DNA of 64,000 nucleotides from Camelus dromedarius (lineage: Eukaryota): the NCBI RefSeq assembly GCF_036321535.1, contig NC_087457.1, positions 33,542,001 to 33,606,000 on the forward strand, in the 5' to 3' direction. Positions 13,631 to 27,297 of the stretch are shown here, in pieces. Made by a program: the position numbers and the translations under genes. Numbering within the stretch: position 1 is the first letter of the stretch; the number at the start of each line of letters is the position of its first letter. The notes under the pieces are model-generated. The model did no database searches. It was not told the DNA's origin and saw only the letters and a program-made list of their open reading frames with translations.

Positions 13631-15610
13631 TTCTAGGTGGTTCTGCCAGGAACACAATGCCTCCTGGCTAACAAAGGCCAGTCATAAAGCTGGTGTCCAA
13701 GGGGATGGCTTCCTTCCTCTTTGTGTCCTGACAACACGCTGAGTGGACATTTATGAAAGACCAAGTAGAGTGGTGGAAATCCCTGCTCAGCATCTTTGCT
13801 CTTCAAAGTTTACTGACCTTCAGGTCTAGGTTACATAAATATGAATTATTAATAGCTTTATTATACCCTTGGACATAGAGGTTATAACTTTTATACAACA
13901 TGGAGGTAATTATGTAAGTTCCTATCAATGACTTAAAGTTTTTCTAACAAAACTGGATGTGTTTCCAGGAATTTAATACGAGTTCTGATCTCTCACCTCC
14001 CTGAAGGCATTTTCTCCCTTCCTTTTCTAAGACCGTGTTTCTTAACTGCTTCTTTAGTAATACGACCTTCCAAATGCCGTGTTTTCTTGTGTTGATGAAG
14101 GTTTTTAAAATAATTTGATGTAACCAAAAAGTGGGAAACAGGCATCTGAAAAATCCTCTGTAATTCCATCATCCAAATTAAAATTTCATTTCCACATTTA
14201 TCTTTTTGGACCTTTTTTTTTTCCCTATTGTGAATTTATCCAATTTAAGATCCTAACAGAATGAAGACAAAATATGCTCATAAAGTGACAATATGGAGCC
14301 TCTACCTTGATCGTTAAGTGTCTATTTAAATAGTTAACTACTAGGAAAGTATCCCCTGCGGAAGTGAAGCATTTACTGTCCGTTGCCTCTCGTGGACAAG
14401 ACGGGGCATGAGAATGGGGGTGTGTGCAAAGAGCAGGATGCATGCAGGTTAAATCAGGAGGCAGCACTAGCCTAATGAAATGACTTAACTGGGGGTGGAA
14501 TCCAATGCAAGTGCTCAAAAAAGTGATAGGAAGGTTGGTCTCGGCTGAGATCTCTGACTAGATGGGGCTTGTCTGCAAATGGCGTTGGCCTTAAGGTCTG
14601 TCATGTGTTCATCTCAATAAAGTCTCATAACAAAACCTGTGATTGGTATTTTATACTCAAATTGCGACCGTAAGGTAATTATTAGGTTAAAAAAGAGGAA
14701 GTTTTAAGGGTTACTCATTGTCCTTCCTATGACAGTTCTGTGGATGGTTTGAAGTTAGAAGAAAGTAAGTAGTCGTCTTTGTAGGTGGAAATACTCCCAG
14801 TGTGTGTGTTCAGTGTGTTTATACAGGGGATGCTCGCCAGGTCCTCCTTGTCATTACTGATGAAGATATTTTGCAGTAGTGATTTCGGGCCAGACCGTCC
14901 CAGTGTATCCCTGCTTCGCTGATGTCAGAGTTTCTGTCTGCCTATGAGCTGAACTCTGTATCATGGAACATAGTGTCTTTGGGGCTGGGCCATCAGAGGG
15001 TTTTAGCAAATGTTTGTTATAATAATTGATTATTCACTCAGTATAATATAAAATTTTGTTAAGATAAGTTCAGGGGTCTGTATTTTCAGTCAAAGGCTGC
15101 TGGTGCCCTTCATAAAAGTGAGGTCTCCTTGTTGTCAGCTTCCTGAAAGCCGTTCGTAGCCTTGCTCGGATCAATGAAAAATGAAGAAGTGTGAGATGGA
15201 ACCCCTGTGCCCCTATCCTAGCTGCCTCCCCTCTGCGGGTGACGAGTAGCGCAGGTACAGAGCTTGGGAAGGTAACGAGGGGGGAAAGGACTGAAGGAAG
15301 AAGATCTAATCTCAGAGTGGATTTTGTGCCATTTTTACCCTTCAACTCCTTGAAGTGGACTCTGGTTTATACATATTTATTCCATCCCCCCTTCCCAGTC
15401 TCCCTCCGTTCCTTCCTTAATCTGTGACACACTCTCACCACCCCCTCCCAGTTTTAAGCATCTCATCTTGTCATCTTTCTGACTTCATTCACATATTGTG
15501 AAAGACGGATTACGTTTCTCCACTGAGAATCCTTCTGTAATGGTTTAAATGATAGAGTAGACTTGTCTTTTAAGAGTATGTCAGCATTGCATTTTAGAGA
15601 GGATTTAAGT

Positions 15611-15612
15611 TT

Positions 15613-15643
<31 letters not shown>

Positions 15644-15785
15644 CACACGTATATGTATATGTGTATATACATATGTATGTATATATACACACACATATTG
15701 ACGTGTAGTCAGTTTATAATCTGTCAACTTCTGGTGTACAGCACAATGCTTCAGTCATAAGTGAACATGCATACATTCGTTTTTC
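15611..15785 (-). mobile_element. Very short L1 3' end with TSD; tail replaced by a TA/TATG microsatellite
   Basis: attgacgtgtagtcagtttataat...ctggtgtacagcacaatgcttcagtcat is the antisense L1 terminus; flanks agaggatttaagt (15598-15610) and agaggattttaagt (15786-15799). Confidence 0.75.
15612..15696. repeat. Compound (TA)n/(TATG)/(CA) microsatellite
   Basis: Directly visible. Confidence 0.95.
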
Positions 15786-18755
15786 AGAGGATTTTAAGTG
15801 GATTACTGTCTTCTGTGTTCTAAGATAACGGTACTAAATTATCACATCTTGGCATTTAAAGGCATATATTTGGGTTTTCATTTCCCTTTTTAAAAATTAG
15901 AACCGATTTATTTTCATTGCTTTGAATATAGACCGATTTGATACCTTTTGTTTAAAAGAACTAAATTCTAAGAAGAGTATTGAGTGGTACCTGTCTCATA
16001 TCAGGTTTGAACTCAAGACCTCAAAGTTACTACCCAGTTCTAATTGGTTGAGTTGAGCAGAGGAAGGGGAAAGTACAGCTGACCTTTACTAATTGCTCAG
16101 GGTTTATCGGTAATTGCATTATGGTAGAGTTTTTGTGGAATGTGTTTCATGACCCATGAATGATTGTTAAAAAAAATGGCTTATGGAAGTTAAATTTGAA
16201 AAATGCAGCCTAATTAATCCCAATTTTGGAAATTATTGATGCACAGCAGCTTACTGAAAGCAGCACAAAGCGAGTAATTTTTTTCGCTAAGTGTTTACAT
16301 CAAACTCGGTGACGAAAAATTTTATTTGCATTCCACCAGTAACATTGTTTTAAGCACTTTTTGGAAAACAATGAACAAAGCCATTTTTCCAGACACTGCT
16401 CTCTACCTAGATAAGTAGGTATTATTTTTTTGCATTGTGCAGGGAAGAAACATAAGTTGAGGTACAAGTCAATTATTCAGGGCGTCACTCAAGTCTTTTC
16501 TTCTGAGCCTGTAGCACGGGAAGTAAAAACAGGATAGATGTGGTCTTTGCTCTGCCACCCTTGGCCTTCTGGGCAGTCTGACCTGTTGTCAGTAATTTAA
16601 ATTGTTATAAAATCATTCTTGACCATTTTCAGAACCTTCAATATTATTTTATACTAGTTATTATAAATGATTTTACTATGGCAATTTATGAAGTTGGCCG
16701 AGATTAATTTTTAGAGAAAAGTGCAGCATAATGAGTTTCATTTTCCCAAGAGAAATCATAACTTTTCTGTGACTTAAAAAAAAAAACACTGTGATAAAAT
16801 GTCCTAAATTCAAAAGAAGTAATAAAAAATGTAGTTCTATAGATTACATACTAATGAAATCTTAATGTAGTAGTTCTTTTTTTTTCTCTTTTGAGCTGAA
16901 CATCCCCTAAGTACAATAGACAGATTCACTGTTTTAATTATAATATATTTCTAATCCATTGACTCAAGTGGAAACATTTTGAAGCTCAATAACTCTGCTT
17001 CAGAAAGGGATGAGTTTTATATAGGAAAAACAGATTTTACTACTTAAGTAAAGAACTTTTAAAGAGTTGCTTCATCATATTTTAATAGAACACACATAAC
17101 TAACAAAAACTTTTAAATCAAGTTAGTCTTTTAGAAATGATTTTTCTTGTCCGTAACTCTGGTTGAAATTGTATGGAGAGCTAGTGGGCCTTTCTGTTTA
17201 ATTTTTTTCCTGCTCTTGGGGTATACTTTAGCATTTGTGAACTGGAATAGAGCATTCTGGTTTCTTCTTACTCAGAAGTACAGGCTCCTAGAGAAACAAA
17301 CCACCTGCCCCTGAAGTGTCTGGTGTCCCCTCATTGCTGACTGAGTTCTGTTGATAAGGGTGTTGGATCCTGAGGCGTGGAAGTACCCCCAGAGAGAAGT
17401 ACACCCCCCCTTTAAACCCTAATGAGATAAGTGTTCCCACCTGGGGACAACTGAACAGGAAGGAGGAGTTGGGAGACAGGTGGGGAGGACAGGAGCCCTT
17501 GCCTGGCGGGGGGTCAGCTGGGGAGTCCACTTCATCTGTCCCAGAATTGCCCCCAGATTGGACGATGCTGGCAACTGCAGCCTGCGTGCCCAAATCTGGG
17601 TGCTCTTCAGGGACACGCGTCAGGAAGTCCGAGACTCACCAAGACATTCCTCTCTCCCTCACCACCCACGTTTACTCTGTTGCAGAGTCCAGTTGCTCTC
17701 CCTTACACGCAAGCCCTTGTCTCCTCTGCTGGTGACTTCTGCGGCCAGTACCCATCCTCCCCCAGATTTCTGTGGTCTTCTGTTCACTGGTGCCCCTGCA
17801 GCTGTTCTCCCCTGGACCCGTCTGTCTTCCCCTGGAGTCCGAGTGATCTTAAAATGTAAAAGTGACCATATCCCTCACTGATGAAAACCATTTACACACA
17901 GGCTATTTTTTTTCTAAAGTAAAGACCCAGATGCCTGCTGTAACTCACATGGGATAGCATTGTCTGGCTCCTTCCAACAATTCGGTCTTACTTAACCTCA
18001 CCCTCCCTGTTGTAAGGTCTGCAGGTGCCAGGGTTACCCCAGACCACAGGCAGTGATGCCCTTTGTTTTTTATAGTCCTGTTTCCCTGGAAAGCAGCAAC
18101 CACATCAGTGAAACACTTGTCATCACTTCACCTACCTATGTTGTATTCATAGGCAGTGTTCAGCCCATCACTGCTAAGTCAAGAGAGACGTCACTGCCTC
18201 AGTAGGCAGGGTGAGGACATGCTGCTTGCGCGTGTTTTGCCTTCCCAGTGACTAGCACTTATCAGATTTTTAATCAACAGAGAAAAGAAAAATAACCTTG
18301 CAAACCCTACTTTCACATATTTATAATGATGCTTATCACACCATATTTAACGTTTAGGGCAAATGTTGACCATAGTAATTTTAAAACAGGGTCAAATCAA
18401 CACATGCAGAGGAAAGCTTATGACATGTAAGTCTCCAGTACAACTTAGCTGTTCTCAGTAATGGTTATTTTTATAAAGCCTCAAATTCTTATTTAAAAGG
18501 GAAAGTAATTTCAGGTTCCCAAATTATAGGAATAACATAAAATATGTAATATAAGAATAAATACGGAAGGATGCATGATAATATAGGAATAATAATAATA
18601 AAGAGATGTTCTGTTATTGAACTATAATTGAGAAAATAATTTCCAGAAGTGACTGATATAATGATTACAATGAATTATGGAATGTTATAGACCTAAATTT
18701 TTAGCACAGTGATATAAAAAGTAGGCCTGGGCATTGAAATCTAATGAATACTTAC

Positions 18756-18835
18756 CTTTAGTAAAGATTGTCTCATGCTGTCAGACTGGTTGAGGAGCAT
18801 CGGGTAGAGAGGACTTCCTAATGGAGAAGGCAGTT
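18756..18835 (-). other. Candidate ~80-nt exon (minus strand)
   Basis: Strong donor CTAAAG|gtaagt; acceptor gactggttctgttag is weak, so the 5' boundary is uncertain. Confidence 0.2.
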
Positions 18836-19039
18836 CTAACAGAACCAGTCATCTGATTTCTCCTGCTGGGTTTCAGCAGCTTCTTTGGGTTTCTGCTGAC
18901 CTAGTCTTCTAGGATCCCAGCTAACCAACCCACTCAAGATGTTCATGAACCTTCTCTCTGTGGATTTAGAGATCTCAATGCAGAATTAAGGCTGTTGACT
19001 ATACTTCAGTAAACAATAAGAATTTTAAAAAGTACAATC

Positions 19040-19185
19040 TACTGTGTATAAAATACATAAGCTACACGGACATATTGTACAGCACAAGGAATGTGGCCAA
19101 TATTGTATAATAACTTGAAATGGAGCGTAATCTATAAAAATGTTGAATAACCATGTTGTACCACCTGTACAGTGATTTGTAAGTT
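19040..19185 (+). mobile_element. L1 3' UTR fragment (L1MA/artiodactyl type)
   Basis: ataagctacacggacatattgtacagcacaaggaatgtggccaatattgtataataacttgaaatggag. Confidence 0.75.
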
Positions 19186-19479
19186 GAACTGTTCACATTT
19201 CTCCCAAGTCTTCAGGGATGCTAGAGGACATGGCCTGTAGAAACAATGTGAGCAGCTTTGTTCCGGGTGTTAAATCAAGCAGCCTGGAACTGAGGGCAGC
19301 ATCACGAGGGAAGGAGCGAAGGGGCACTGGCCAGTGGGAGACTCACAGGAGTGGTGAGGCTGCAGGTCTGTCAGCATCTGGAAGGACCTGCGGTCACTTT
19401 CAAGTTATTTGTTTCCCTGCGAAGTAAAATACCACCATCAGGTCAGACACTTTTGGAAAGTATGAGAGGACCTGAAAAG

Positions 19480-19660
19480 TATGAGTAGATCTTAAAAGTC
19501 CTCATCACAAGAAAATTGTACTGTGCGTGGTAATGGGTGCCAGCTAGATTTACCGTGGTGACCATTTTGTAGTATACTCAAGTATCAAACCAGTATGGTG
19601 TACGCCTGAGACTAACGTACTGTTACATGTCAGTTATATCTCAAAAATTTAAAAAAAAAA
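19480..19660 (+). mobile_element. L1MA9/10-like 3' end with A tail
   Basis: gagtagatcttaaaagtcctcatcacaag...gtcagttatatctcaaaaatttaaaaaaaaaa. Confidence 0.8.
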
Positions 19661-20102
19661 TCCAAGGGGGAAAAAAAACCATGAGAGGATCTGAGAGAAG
19701 ATGTAGGAAGGGGCTGTGGACCACTCAGGGCCGGTAGACAAGAACTCCAAGGACATGAACCAGGGTGATGGAAGCCCAGCTCAAACAGGCACTCGGAGCC
19801 AGGAAAGCCGTGGGATGGAAAGAGATGGGGTTTTACCAAGAGTGTGAGCAGCCCTGGAGCCAGGTTAATTCTGGAAGCAAAGAGACAGCATGGCGCCTGT
19901 GTCGCTGGGTGTTCAGTGGTGGTGGTGTGTAGGGGGAGCCGGTCTAGGTTCCTGAGCTGCATTTGTTGGAGTGCTGGAGACAGAAGGTCTCCTCGTGTGT
20001 GTTGCCAGGTCCAGCCAGATGTTTCTTTAGGTAACTAACCACATGCCAAGAACATACCAGAAAGTGAGTCTAGTGTTGAGAATTTATCATCAAGAGTTCC
20101 TG

Positions 20103-20235
20103 GTGGGGCGGAGATAGCTCAGTGGTGGAGTGCATGCCTGCTTAGTATGTATGAGGTCCTGGGTTCAGTCCCCAGTACCTCCATTAAAATAAGTAGACTT
20201 AACTACCCCCCATCTCCTCCCCCCTCCAAAAAAAG
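20103..20235 (+). mobile_element. Camelid tRNA-derived SINE, full length
   Basis: ggggcggagatagctcagtggtggagtgcatgc...gaggtcctgggttcagtccccagtacctcc (A and B boxes) then AT-rich linker, C-rich segment and A tail. Confidence 0.9.
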
Positions 20236-22257
20236 TCAGAAGTTTATAGATCCCAGCTGTTAATTCACATAGACTTTGTTGGGTGTGTTTCTCTTTTGTG
20301 ATGAAATGCTTGATACTCTCATATTCAGAAACTCAAGAAATTCACCTGGACTGAACTCTTGGTTCTCCTTTTCATCTTATGTAAAGTGACAGGATCAAAC
20401 TCTTCCAGGGAGAGCCGTTAGTTTCCAGCTTCAGTGCTGACTGCAATCAGTCCCTGGTGGCCGCATGCAGCACTGTGTTGAGAATGATGATAAAGCTGCC
20501 TTCAGGCTCGAAGGGAAAATTGTCAGGATTTATTTTAAGTGTCTGACACCACGGGCAGGATAATGCAAAAAGTGAGAGGGAAGGAAGACTGTATATTTGC
20601 CATCCTGGACTAGATAATCCATTAGAGCTCCTTTTAAATCCAAACACTTAGATAAAAGTCACCTGCTTTCCAGGTCTCTGCCTTTTATAAATGCTTGAAA
20701 ATCTTAAAAAACATGTCCTGCAAAACTGGTAGGAATGTTGAGTGAATATTTCTCTCTTAATTAGGATTTAAGTTGAGTTGATACATCAAAGAGACCTAAA
20801 AGATACCGTGGCTTTCTTTGTTTTCTTCTTCAAACAATCGTCCAGGGGTGAGCCATCCAAGGCTGGTGGAGATTCCTACCCCACAGGGCCGCCTGGGATC
20901 CAGGACCCTTTTCTCCTGTGGGTTCACCATTCTCTGAGGGTGTTGAACTCCAATGCATGGCCAAAGTTGGCTCACCAAACACGTCCATGGAAATGGGAGA
21001 GAAAAAGCAGAGGTTCACTATCATGTCAAGAGGTGACAGAAAGGCTGTGCACATCCTTCTCTAGGACATCCTGTTGGTGATACCTTACTGATTTTATGAC
21101 ACCAACCATTTGTTTGCTTCATTCTTGTGCCAGGTTAACACAGACATACGACTTGAAAGCTACCGTTGCAAGAAGGTGGTGTAAATGTGCCATTGACCAT
21201 AGGTTCATGTTTTCTCCAAGACCCAAAAAGCACCACCACCATTTAATGCAAAAGGTCCATAGGCATAGCTGTTGGTCCTCTTGGGTCGGTAGGGATTGGC
21301 AAACTCATCTGTAGATTGAACAGTTGTTGGAAGAGTGGGAGTCACTGGGAACCTGTTTCATAGGAGCCAGTAGGTAGCAAAAAAAGCAGCTCCGTTGGAA
21401 GAGCGTTGCTAGTTTTAATTCGTACATCTCATTACAAGACCAAGAGTTGATTTTCTTTATTTCTGGAATGACTTCCTCTTTCTACTCCCCTTGCCCGCTA
21501 TCTCAAAGACCCCTGATGCTTGGTTTTGCGTTTTCATTTTTGTATTTTTGGTGTCTGGAAAGACAGTGTGATTGATGAGATTACATGGCTACTGGTAGAC
21601 ACATTTCATAGTTCCAGCGAGCTCGGTGGGCTTTCCTTGACTCATGCTTCATGAAGAAGGTAGTTGGGACATGATGTTTTTATTACACTTTTAAAATTAA
21701 AGCTCAAAGTTATGCAAGTTTTTAAGAGCTTTATGAAAGTAAAAAAGTCAACTGAAAAAGAACTTAACCACTTAAAATCTTATAAACTTGAAAATACGAA
21801 GTAAAATTGTGTCTTGAAGCTGCAGAATGAGCTCACAGGGCTCATGTTTGGGGTGAAACACATTTCCTAGGCCACAGGGTTTTCGTTGACTTCTATGATG
21901 CCGAGAAATACTTGACCTCATTTCCACATCACGCATCCCTCGAGGACCAATCAGGTGTATGTTCAGGATAGCAGGTTGTCGCACGATTTCATGGGAACAA
22001 ACTGTAGTGCACCTGGGGAGGCAGCTGCTTTCAACACATCTGTGGTTGCCCTGACAATTAGGAATCAGCTAAAGAAGAGGCATGCTTTGTAGACAGGTAG
22101 ATGGAAAATCAAATACCTAATTGCAGTGATTTTTTAAAAAGTCATTCAGTGGGGAAAAAAGTCATTTGCATCTATTACTAAACAAATCATATTTAATTAT
22201 ATACTTAAAAGGAAAACCTTGCGCTTTGAATGCCACGTGAAAGGAAAGGCATTCATA

Positions 22258-22275
22258 TGTGTGTGTGTGTGTGTG
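22258..22275. repeat. (TG)n microsatellite
   Basis: Directly visible. Confidence 0.9.
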
Positions 22276-23599
22276 GCATTTCCATTCTGGGGCTCATCTC
22301 TTTATATGAATGCAGTTAGATTGATTCTGCATTTATATGACCGTTGGCAATGTTGTAACATAACAAAGTAATAGAGTGTGCATCTTAAATGAACAACAGA
22401 AACTCAGTGAACAGTGAAAAGTGGTAGTTTCTTAAGGTGATATTAAAGTAACAATGATGAGTGTACAAGAGAAAATAGAAAGTGTGTCTCTCTTGGTGGT
22501 TCTCATAGCAGAAATGCCTTGTTTTGATACTGAGCATAAAGCATGTGATAAATCCCAATTTCTCATGGGACTGCGTTAGGCCCCACACAGCCCCTTGTTC
22601 GGAGTCTGCAGTCCTAGAGATCCAGCACTATGCAGTGCACCATCAGCATCAGTGCAAACGGACTCGGAATAGTCCCAATTCTTTCTTCACCCTGTGCCTT
22701 TTATTTAGTAAACTGCGAGACCTGGCTGGGCTCCACCGTGTTCTGTGTAGGAAGTGGTGGATTGCTTGGGAGCGCGTGGCCTGCGTTTGTAAATAAACAT
22801 AATTACTCTTCCTTTGTTTTCCAGACCAGAAACAGAATTGTTTTCTAGGCCTGTGCTTTGTCATGACCGAATAATTGTGTCAGGTTTCTGCTCGAGAACC
22901 CTGTCCAGTCCCCATCTGACAACAAGAGCTGAACCTCACCATTGCTGTTTCCCCTCGGCCCTGTCAGCTCTCTATTTTCTAGAATATTACATTGTGAGGA
23001 TTTGACTGCCTTCTTTCTGGATCACTTTGATCTGAGTCACCTGCTGGGAGCTTCCACTCTAGATAGTTTGATAGTTTTATGTTTTGCTCTTTCTTACACA
23101 GAACTAATTCATTGGTTTTTGCAAACACTCCTTGACTATAATCTGTCCAGATTTTTTTTTTTTTAACCCTGGAGAAACAGCAGTGAATGACACTGACGTT
23201 GTTTGAGAGAAAACAGTCTACTTGAGGATCTGCAAACCATCTCCTACAACTAGAGCAGAGCAGGGGTACAGGGCTGGTGAACAGCAAGGTCAGGGTTGTG
23301 GGCTAACGTGTATGTGAAGGGCATTTTCATGTTACACTAAGTAGTTGTCTTTCATTCTAAAAGACACTTATAATTGTAAAGCAGGAGACTAATATTTCCA
23401 GGTGTCTGTTTTACGAAGTTCCTCGTGGTGGCATCGTGGACAGCGGGTTAGAGGAAGGCAGGCCACGAGGCTTTGTCAGTCATGTGAAGGTACCGCACTG
23501 GGCCCAGGCGGCAGCGCGGGGTGGAGCTGCAGAGGAAGGGTGGGCTTGCTGACCTATGGGCGTCTGGCACGGCGGCTGGACGGACTAGGGTAGAGACGC

Positions 23600-24330
23600 A
23601 AGGAGATGGCGGCTTTGACAGTGTCGTTTTGAAGCTGGTGAAGGAGTCCCACGGGGAGTCTTTAGTGCCCGCCCGTAAGATGCATAAATGGACAGGCCTC
23701 AAGGGAGATTGTGTATGAATTTGGAGCTCAAGTAAGATGTCTCATGTAAAATATAATGACGTAGGGCAAGCAGATGGATGCCTGCTTCCTGGGTGAGGAT
23801 GAGATCTTGCAGATCCAGGATATGAAGAAGTCAAGGACTTGAGAGCACTCTCTGAATTTCACTTCCAGGAAAATCTCGAAGGAGCTTTGGAAGGTGTCAG
23901 TAGGAAACGAGGTGGAAGCTGACTGCAGTGAGCCCAGGGCGAGGAGCTGGAGGGGCACACAGACACCTGCTGGGGCTCACCTGTGATGGGAAGGGGACAG
24001 GGGCGGTGCCCGTCAGAGGAGGGGGCTGTGGGCTCCGTGGGAGACGCTTCCCTTCTGAGAAGGGATAGGTGTGAACCTGTTAGATGATGAGGAAGAGCGA
24101 GGAGAGGGTATAAGTGAATGTCGAGGGGATACCTGATGGCACAGACACCCTCAGAACGACGCACTGTGTGGTCTGACGGTGATGAAGGTTTTCACTAACT
24201 GGAGGGAAAGCATGGCTGCCCTGAAACAGGTTTGAACACAGTGGATAGTTCTGAGGACAGATACGTTTATCAGTGCAAAGTGGAGGAGTTTCCTGCTTGA
24301 TAGCAATTTTAATGGGTAAGATGGAGAGTA
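23600..24330 (-). mobile_element. L2 fragments, degraded
   Basis: Purine-rich L2-like text (tgtatgaatttggagctcaag; ggaagctgactgcagtgagcccaggg); boundaries vague. Confidence 0.4.
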
Positions 24331-25364
24331 CATCGGATGACACAGCTAGAAAAGCCAAAGGTGTCCTTCTGTCCTGAGCTGTGGCCCACACACCCACAGC
24401 GTCTGTGCCCAGAAGGTCTGCTCCTGGCATCCCTGTGACCCAGAGAGTCTTCTCTCTCTTAGATTTCTAAATATTTTGCTTGTTCTGTGTTGTCATAAAA
24501 TATGCCTCCCTATTTATTTTGGGAAAAAAAAATCTCTTGAAAAACAGGTGCTAAGTCTCTTTCCTCCTATTTTCAAAACTCTCCTAATATTTAATGCTCC
24601 AATTAATCGACACATATATTCAAATTTCACTGGCTGAAAATTCCATATTGGAGGAGAATAAAATGATAGAAGAATATGTATTTATTAAGGGCTTTCTTGG
24701 TGTTAGAAACTGCTGAGTCAGATTGCAACAAGTGTTCCATTTCACACTGGTAACAGCACAGTGAAGAAACTAAGTTTCCTCTCATCTTACAGCTAATACA
24801 GCTCAGACTCACTCCCTGGAAGCAGGTTTATATACACGTTACATTTGACGCCCATAAACACATGTAGTTGAAAATGTGTATGTGCATTCAGATACCTCTG
24901 TGTATAATAAACAGAGTGAAATGCAGTACCACATGGGAATGCATAATACATGGCAAATTATAATTTTAGACTTTCCAACATTTCTTTCTACGTATGTGAA
25001 AAGTTAAGGACCAATGAGATAATTTTAAAAAATGAATTTACCCTAATACTTTAAGATAAACCTATGCCCAAGAATGAGTTTTAAAAGACACATGATACAC
25101 ATTTGGTTTTAAAGTTGGACATAAAATTCATGAATAAATGTTTCTAAGTGTGATTAAAGTGTATTCTTTTACTTCTATAAGGGGATTTGGGTATTTCCTT
25201 TTTCTTGAAGCCTGACACGTGTTTTCTTCTATCAATTGATCACAATATAATATATATTAGCAAAAATTGAAGACAATTTTTGTGTCAGATTGCACAGAAA
25301 CCATTAAACACAACTATTAGAATATTTTGAACTCATAGGACTAATGATTTTCTTAAAGACTCAG

Positions 25365-26420
25365 TAACAACTGGACATCCCACATGCAAAAAAAAAAAAA
25401 ACAACTAGACATTATGTCTTTTACAAAATTAACTCAAAATAGATCATAGACCTATCTGTAAAATGTGAAACAGCTAAACATCTAAAAGAAAAGGGTAAAT
25501 CTAGGTGACCTTGTGTTTGGCAATGACTTTTTAGATAAAATATCAAAGGCATGATCCACGAAATAAAGCATTGTAAATTGGACTTCATTTCAATTAAAAG
25601 TTCATATTTGTGAACAACGAAGTTAAGAATGAAAACATGAGGCATGGCTGGGATAAATATTTGCAAAGCACATTTCTGATAAATGCTTGTGTGGAAAGTA
25701 CACAAAGAACTCTTAAAACACAACAATGGGAAAATGTCCCAATTAAAAGTTAGGCAAAATACCTGAACAGACGCCTCATCAAAGACAACAATAGATGGCA
25801 ACTAAGAGTGTGAAAAGATGCTCTGCATCATATATCATGAGGGAACGGCAAATCAAAATGCATTTCAAAAATGGATAGACCATGGAATATCATTCAATGG
25901 TAAAAAGAAATAAACTATCAGTCCATGAACAGACACTGAAGAACTTTAAATACATATTGCTAAGTCGAAGAAGCCTACCTAAAAAGGCTACGTAGTGTAT
26001 GATTCCAACTATATCACATTCTGGAAAAGACAAAACCATGGAGACAGTAAAAACATAAATCAGCGGTTGCCGGGGATTTGGGGAGTCGGGGATGACCAGG
26101 TGGAGCACAGGGGCTGTTCAGTCCAGTGGAGCTCTTCTGTGTGGTACTGTCCTGGCGGATACAAGACCTCATACATCTGGTGAAACCTACAGAACAGCAG
26201 AACACAGACTTAGCTAATATGAAGTATAGACTTTAGTTAATAATGTATCAATGTTGGATTATCAGTTACAACAAATGTACCACATTAGTGCAGTATATTA
26301 ATAATCGGGGAAGCTGAGTGGTGGGGGGGCAAGGGGTTTAGGTAGAAAGTCTCTGTACTTTTGGCTTAATTCCTCTGTAAACTCAAATCTACTCTAAAAA
26401 TAGTGTACTCATTTTGAAAA
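25365..26420 (+). mobile_element. L1MC-type element: degraded ORF2 C-terminal region plus 3' UTR
   Basis: acaaaattaactcaaaatagatcatagacc; aattggacttcatttcaattaaaag; ggctacgtagtgtatgattccaactatatcacattctggaaaagacaaaac; tatagactttagttaataatgtatcaatgttgg. Confidence 0.85.
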
Positions 26421-27297
26421 AGTGGGTTAGAAATTGCAAATATACTATGAATACAACTCTGTGGAGGCAGTTGCTCTGGAAAAGGGCTGGAGAAACACAC
26501 AAACAAGCTAATAGACTGGTGTTAGGGCTCCTGAAACAGGCGTGACTTTGTCTTTCCTGAACTTGCTGAGATTTGGTAATAGGGTCATGTTATGTTTAAT
26601 CTTAAAATATTCATAGCTAGAAAATGTTTACCTTGTGCTTCATTTTTGTCACCAGCATCCATTGAATTATTTCTGATAGAAATAATGGCTTCTAATAGAT
26701 TCAGACCGTCTTCTGCTGTGTCAAATGCTGTTGATACCTAGTGACTTACATTTACCCACTTCACCTTGTCTCGGAGCAGAGCGAAGACATTTCAGCGAAC
26801 AAACAGCATCAAAAATACATGTAAAACAGAGGGCAAAAGTGACCCCATCTTTTTATCTCTAATTTAGGAGACCATTTTTAAAGAATCCTCAAGAATTTTA
26901 TTTCAGAGGGAGTTTCAAAGAATTGGTTTGGCCATCTATTCGGCTTCTACTTTTCTTGTGTCTTATGAACAGTGTGGGGACATTTTTTTTTATCGTATTT
27001 GTCCCCAAACTGAGTTTTTAAACAGTTACTCCTGTGGAATAAAAAAATACTTCAAGCATTACAGTAATTGTATTAAATTATTAATTATTAAAAATTTAAG
27101 AAACTTTTCTTATGGAGAATGACAGTTTATAGTAATATAATGGGTCTAGTTCAGTTTATCCAATACCTCCCCCCGAAAAAAAAGCATTTGAATCTGAATC
27201 TCTTTTCCATGAATTAGGTGGTGTATTTTTATGAGAAACACAATTTGAGAGAATCAGAACTAAATATTGTAAGAATTTGTGTTCTGTATGGCATTTC

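Noticed and set aside
20103-20180. tRNA-like A/B boxes (also at 61077 and 9608)
   Set aside because: No cloverleaf 3' half or acceptor stem; they continue into SINE body and tail, so they are SINEs, not tRNA genes.
25365-25860. L1 ORF2 remnant as a CDS
   Set aside because: Many stops and frameshifts; recorded as a dead mobile element.
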